Positions 50,911-64,000 of a stretch of DNA of 64,000 nucleotides are shown here, in pieces. Every line of letters begins with the position of its first letter. Positions within the stretch are counted from its first letter, which is position 1. The position numbers were made by a program, and so were the translations under genes. Under the pieces are notes generated by a model. It saw only the letters and a list, made by a program, of their open reading frames with translations, was not told the origin of the DNA and made no database searches. The DNA comes from the human T2T-CHM13v2.0 reference genome, Homo sapiens. The stretch lies in the NCBI RefSeq assembly GCF_009914755.1, contig NC_060936.1. One strand, written 5' to 3'.

Positions 50911-51575
50911 TTATTCATTAAATTGTATATGAGTCTAATTTTTATAGAAAGTTTAATCAGCTCAATTTGCGTTAAACAAACATTTATCAAGGAAAAGGTA
51001 AAGACAATTGTTACCTTAGAGTTTACAGATAAAATAGATAGATTTTTAATGGCCTTAAAACTTAGTGAAGAGAGGGTTTTTAATGGGTTGCTAATAAAAT
51101 GAATTTTACTTTTAAAACCAAAGTGATTGCATTTTTCTATGCACAAAAATATCTTGAACATCAAAACCCCACACATTGGCACTGCATTTTTTAAGGCCTC
51201 TCCCTGTTACATGTTTACTGAATTGGTTAATCACAACCAAACTGAATCCTTGAGAGGTTTTCTTTTAATTTTCTGCCAATTTAAATAGAGTGAAATTGAC
51301 AGAAAATTTTCCCTGCATTGCTGAAAAACACAATTCGCTATCAAAGAGAGACAATAAATGGAGTTGACAAGATATGATATTTTGCAGGCATGACCACTAA
51401 TCGTGAGAAATAAATCTTTGAAAAATATAAAGGCAAAAGGACCAAGAAAAAGCTTTCCCCCCCAAATGATTAGTAAATGCAAATATTAGGTCCAAAAAAA
51501 TAATATACGAAACCCCCAAATTCCTGAAACATGACTATCTCCCTCCACAGGTGCATGGGCCCTGTAGGAATTGTT

Positions 51576-51875
<300 letters not shown>

Positions 51876-52050
51876 AGGGATTGTTTCTTTGAGTTTATAT
51901 AATTAACAGACTGAGCCAGAAAGATAATGAGGTAGCAGTTATAAAAAGAATGAATAAAATAACAGAAAACAACTGCACTTTTTTTTGTCTGAACCACTTC
52001 AACAAATAAGAACTCATTATGATTTGGCAACATCCCCCAGTACTCTCTAG

Positions 52051-52443
<393 letters not shown>

Positions 52444-52489
52444 TGACCCTTCACTGAATCTATACTCTTTCCTGAAGTGTTTTTTAGTT

Positions 52490-53630
<1,141 letters not shown>

Positions 53631-53724
53631 CCCTTAAGTTTCTTTGGAAATGAAGTGTAGTTGCTACTCTGGGCCAAAGTACTGATGACCTTTATATTGC
53701 TACAGAATGATTTAAATGGGCTAA

Positions 53725-54120
<396 letters not shown>

Positions 54121-54309
54121 GATGTGTACTTTTTAAATGAAATTTAAAGAATATAGGAAAAAGAATATTATTAATAAAAGACATACCCATGTACCCACTA
54201 CCTAGCAAAATAAAGAGAACATTATCAATGCCAATAACTTTAAGGCCTCGATGCACTCCTCCCAATTCATATTCCCTCTCTCCCCATAAGAAAGTATAGG
54301 CTGGGCGTG

Positions 54310-54545
54310 AGCTAAGCTGTGAGGACACAAAGGCATAAGAATGATACAATAGACTTTGGGGACTCAGGGGGAAAGGATGGGTGGGGGTAGGGATAAAAGA
54401 CTACACATTGGGTACAGTGTGCACTGCTCAGATGATGGGTGCACCAAGGTCTCAGAAACACCACTAAAGAACTTATTCATGTAACCAAACACCACCTGTT
54501 TCCCAAAAAATATTAAAGTAAAAATAAAATTAAATTTAAAGAAGA
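54310..54545 (+). mobile_element. L1PB 3' end
   Basis: AGCTAAGCTGTGAGGACACAAAGGCATAAGAATGATACAAT...GTAACCAAACACCACCTGTT. Confidence 0.85.
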
Positions 54546-54556
54546 AAGAAAATATA

Positions 54557-54887
<331 letters not shown>

Positions 54888-55084
54888 TTACCATTATTTT
54901 ATTTCTTATGTATGAATTATTAAACAATAAGACTAGTTTCCTTACTTTCTTGTAACTCAGTAATACATTTAAAATTTTCTTAGTTATAATGTATTCAGTA
55001 TCCAGGTGTTTTGCAATAAAAGGGCTTCTCAGAATCTCTCTTCGGCTATATAAATAGAAGCAAAGCTGTCCAGGCCAGATTTTT

Positions 55085-59200
<4,116 letters not shown>

Positions 59201-59201
59201 G

Positions 59202-59490
59202 TTTTTCAGACAGGGTCTCACTGTGTCACCCAGGCTAGAGGGCAGTGGTGCAATCATGGCTCACTGCAGCCTCAACCTCCTGTCCTCAAGCAATCTCCTC
59301 CTACCTCAGCTCCCCCAAGTAGCTGGGACTACAGGCACATGCACCACGCCCAGCTAATTTTTTTATTTTTGGTAGAGATGGGGTCCCACTATGCTGCCCA
59401 GGCTGGTCTTGAAGTCCTGGGCTCAAGCAATCCTCACACCTCTGCCTCTAAAAGTGTTGGAATCACAGGCATGAGCCACTGTTCCTGGCC
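59202..59490 (-). mobile_element. AluJ
   Basis: Antisense Alu. Confidence 0.9.
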
Positions 59491-60595
59491 AGTTTTCAGC
59501 TCTTAAGTTGTCAAAAGAACTTGGCACTGTTAAACTGGTGATCATTTTTTAAAAGATATTTAATATAAACCAATGTTTAGAAATTATACTTTTTAATGTT
59601 TATAAATTGATGAAATATGCTTATAGTCACGGTTTCTCAGTGTGAGGAATTTGCTTCCTTTTCATATGTATGGACTTTAGCTTCTAAGGAAAGTAGTATC
59701 ACAAAGGCCCTTTGATGTTCATAGAACGTTGTTAAGTGTGGAGAAAAAAGTAGATGTCAAGGTAGCATGTACTATATGATTCCGTACTGAGTCAAAGAAA
59801 AAATATTCTTATATGCATTTATATAGACTGGGAAAATGCATCATTAATTTTTTGTGTTGAATACATTACTTTTGAAATGAGAAAAGAAGATACTTGTGAA
59901 ATGTGTAAGGAAACTCACAAACGTGAAAACGTTATGGGTAATATTAGCAGAGAAACCAAATCAGAAAACAACATTGTAATTATCAAAGGACTGCAGTTCT
60001 GAAGGTTTGAGTGGAACAATTTATATTCATTTCTGCCATGAAATTGACCATTTTCCAAAGGCTGTGAATGCAGACACCCTCTCTATATGCATGGAAATCT
60101 TCCTTATGCTATTTTCATAATAAATATTGACATATTTATTTCTCACATTCAAAAATGGCATGAAATAATCATCAGAGTCCCTTTTTGTAACTTCCATAAA
60201 CAACTCCTACAATCTGTAATTTTCCCAGGCATCCCACCCCTCAAAAATAAATGTTCAAGTTTGCATAACAAGAATCAACTTCTCAAACTGTGAAAATGTA
60301 TTCTTTTTTCAAATCTTTTTAAAATATGCGTTATTTTTAGATGTTTTATATTATCTTTGTACAGTATTTCCAAAGGAGAATGTTAAGGCATGACATTTTC
60401 AAGGTAGATTTTTGTTTGTTTAATTTTCTCCCAGTAGTGTGAGCTTTCACATGAATATCTGATGGGCTAACTCCAGCATACCAAAACACTAACAATTGTA
60501 ACAAGCATACCACTGAGTCTTCTACTTTTGGAGCCATACACATAATTCACAGATAGATGTCTGACACTTAGGAAATGGTTTTTCATGCCAAACAT

Positions 60596-61018
<423 letters not shown>

Positions 61019-61043
61019 TGAAGTCCAGAAGGGGGTTGGGAAA

Positions 61044-61461
61044 AATGTCCAACAATGATAGACTGGATTAAGAAAATGTGGCACATATACACCATGGAAT
61101 ACTATGCAGCCATAAAAAATGATGAGTTCATGTCCTTTGTAGGGACATGGATGAAATTGGAAATCATCATTCTCAGTAAACTATCGCAAGGACAAAAAAA
61201 CCAAACACCGCATATTCTCACTCATAGATGGGAATTGAACAATGAGAACACATGGATACAGGAAGGGGAACATCACACTCTGGGGACTGTTGTGGGGTGG
61301 GGGGAAGGGGGAGGGATAGCATTAGGAGATATACCTAATGCTAAATGACGAGTTAATGGGTGCAGCACACCAGCATGGCACATGTATACATATGTAACTA
61401 ACCTGCACATTGTGCACATGTACCCTAAAACTTAAAGTATAATAATAATAATAATAAAAAA
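61044..61461 (+). mobile_element. L1PA3-like, 5'-truncated (ORF2 end plus 3'UTR)
   Basis: GCATTAGGAGATATACCTAATGCTAAATGACGAGTTAATGG; perfect 17-bp TSD AGAAGGGGGTTGGGAAA. Confidence 0.92.
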
Positions 61462-61544
61462 AGAAGGGGGTTGGGAAAGTATAGTACAGATCAAGTAAGT
61501 GATAGGAATACAACTCAAAAAAGCCCAGTGAAAAATGAAATGAA

Positions 61545-61862
61545 GGCCAGGCATGGTGCCTCATGCCTGTAATCCCAACATTTTGGGAGGCCAAGGTGAG
61601 TGCACTGCTCGAGTCCAGAAGCTCGAGACCAGCCTAGGCAACATAGTTAGATCCCGTCACTAAAAAAAATTAAAAAAAAAAAAAAATAGTCGGGTGTGTT
61701 GGTGTGCACCTGTAGTCCCAGCTACTTGGGAGGCTGAGGTGGGTGGGAGGCTCGCTTGAGCCCAGGAAGTGGAGGCTGCAGTGAGCCGAGATCATGCTAC
61801 TGTACTCTAGCCTGGGCAACAGAGTGAGTGAGACTCCGTTTCAAATAAATAAATAAATAAAT
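61545..61862 (+). mobile_element. AluJ
   Basis: Full Alu. Confidence 0.9.
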
Positions 61863-61869
61863 GAAGAAT

Positions 61870-62050
61870 CATGATGACTAGAGGCTGGAGGAAGGGGAAA
61901 ATGGAGAGTTAGTGTTTAATGAATGGGCACAGAGTTTCAGTTTTACAAGAGGAAAAAGTTCTAGAGATTGATAGTGATGTTGCATGACAATGTGAATGTA
62001 TGTAATACTATTGAATTATACACTTAAAAATTGTTACAATGGTTAGTGGG
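61870..62050 (+). mobile_element. L1MB 3' end
   Basis: CAGAGTTTCAGTTTTACAAGA...ACAATGTGAATGTA...TACACTTAAAAA. Confidence 0.78.
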
Positions 62051-62252
62051 GAAAAGTGAAATATCAAAAACAAACAAACAAACAAACAAAAACCAAACAA
62101 ACAGAAGTCAGCCAATGCTCCTTTCTGTGAGTATATACATGGGCCTACCTGTGTTCAATAGCTTGGCTCTTTGGCTCTCGAAAACAAATCCAGCTTACAT
62201 TGGAAGAGAAAACCATTTCTAGAGTAACATGAAAACTACAACCCTCCTTTGC

Positions 62253-62397
62253 CTACAGTATCAAAATATTTCACATGTTTTAGTTCTGTGTTGTGAATCT
62301 CAGTCACTTGTACTTCATTTTATAGGCCTTGAACAACTCCCTGGCTTCTCCGGAGATGGAATTGATATCAGGGAATGAATGAGAGAGAGTATAAGGT
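62253..62397 (-). pseudogene. Tentative upstream exon remnant of the C3orf20-like pseudogene (PYTLSHSFPDINSISGEARELFKAYKMKYK*LRFTT/ELKHVKYFDTV)
   Basis: Protein-like unique island; TGA at 62304-62306; frameshift needed; GC donor whose G joins AC of the 47987 exon to give Asp. Confidence 0.4.
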
Positions 62398-62637
62398 CTT
62401 TTCAGATGACATCGTTCATAAAAACCCAGAGGCAAGACAGCTTGACATAAAGACGCTAATCACGGCAAAAAGTATATAACTTCAGCATATTCAAAATCAC
62501 CATAGTAATTCTAAAGAGTAACACAGTTTTGATGTCAGTCCCTAAAAATACAAATCTCATATGTGCTCATATTCTTTCTGTATTTTGTGTCACATTCACA
62601 TAAATGCACTCAACATTTGTAAAAGTTTCAAAAGTTT

Positions 62638-62940
62638 GGCCAGGTGTGGTCGCTCATGCCTGTAATCCCAGGACTTCAGGAGGCCGAGGCCAGCGGATCA
62701 CCCAAGGTCAGGAGTTCAAGACCAGCCTGGCTAACAGGGTGACACTCCGTCTCTACTAAAAATACAAAAAAAAAGAAATTAGCTGGGCATGGTGGCTCAC
62801 TCTTCTAATCCCAGCTACTCAGAAGGCTGAGACAGGAGAATCACCTGAACCCAGGAGGCGAAGGTTGCAGTGAGGCAAGATCACTCCAGTGCACTCCAGC
62901 CTGGGTGACAGACCGAGACTCTGTCTCAAAACAAAAAAAA
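62638..62940 (+). mobile_element. AluSx-type
   Basis: TSD AAAAGTTTCAAAAGTTT. Confidence 0.92.
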
Positions 62941-63353
62941 GTTTCAAAAGTTTGATCAAAATCAATCAAGCTAGCTCACTACTTATCTACATGAAAGTAG
63001 AGATATTCATGTTAAGTGTTTCACCTCTTGACAAACAAAGGTTTTAGCCTAGACTTCCTCAACAGAGGTTTAGTGAGTGTGAAATGATTATTTAGAGAAG
63101 TTATTCTGGGCCACAATTTTAACAATGCTCTAACATCTCCATGTTTTTTGGAATGTTACTAATGTCTTAAAAGAGTAACTTTAAATTGATTTAATTTCAT
63201 CTGACTTATAAAACAATATGTAAGCCCTATGCTGTTTCTATTTTTAAGAGATAATAGATTATATAATGCAAACAATTCAACCAAGTAGCACAGAAGAAAT
63301 TAATTCTCTCTTTTAAAAAATTATTACTAGCTAATGTTTACTAAGTTCTTGGG

Positions 63354-63985
<632 letters not shown>

Positions 63986-64000
63986 CAGAAGATTCCTAAC

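Noticed and set aside
61055-61348. 97-aa ORF (WIKKMWHIYTMEYY)
   Set aside because: L1 ORF2 C-terminus in a 5'-truncated copy

Overview
Human-type, Alu-dense genomic DNA (about 60 Alu/FLAM/FRAM copies, including a human-lineage AluYa5), with L1, L2, MIR, MaLR/ERV1 LTRs and DNA transposons (Tigger1, MER2, MER82, MADE1, Ricksha). There is no intact protein-coding gene, and most ORFs in the track are Alu or microsatellite artefacts. The main result is a decayed multi-exon gene on the minus strand. Four clear exon remnants (47843-47987, 45436-45661, 32680-32944, 27111-27227) and one tentative one (62253-62397) mostly keep AG/GT boundaries with compatible phases. They translate into a protein resembling the C-terminal half of C3orf20 (homology recalled from memory, not searched). 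It is disabled by a nonsense codon, a frameshift and a hairpin-scarred truncation, so it looks like an unprocessed, possibly unitary, pseudogene of a C3orf20 paralogue. Other notable items are an L1-style retrocopy of a MER41 ERV transcript inside Tigger1, a Ricksha MULE with a 9-bp TSD and transposase remnants, and a tailless U6 retropseudogene. Repeat subfamily names are from recognition, and the boundaries of old repeats are approximate.
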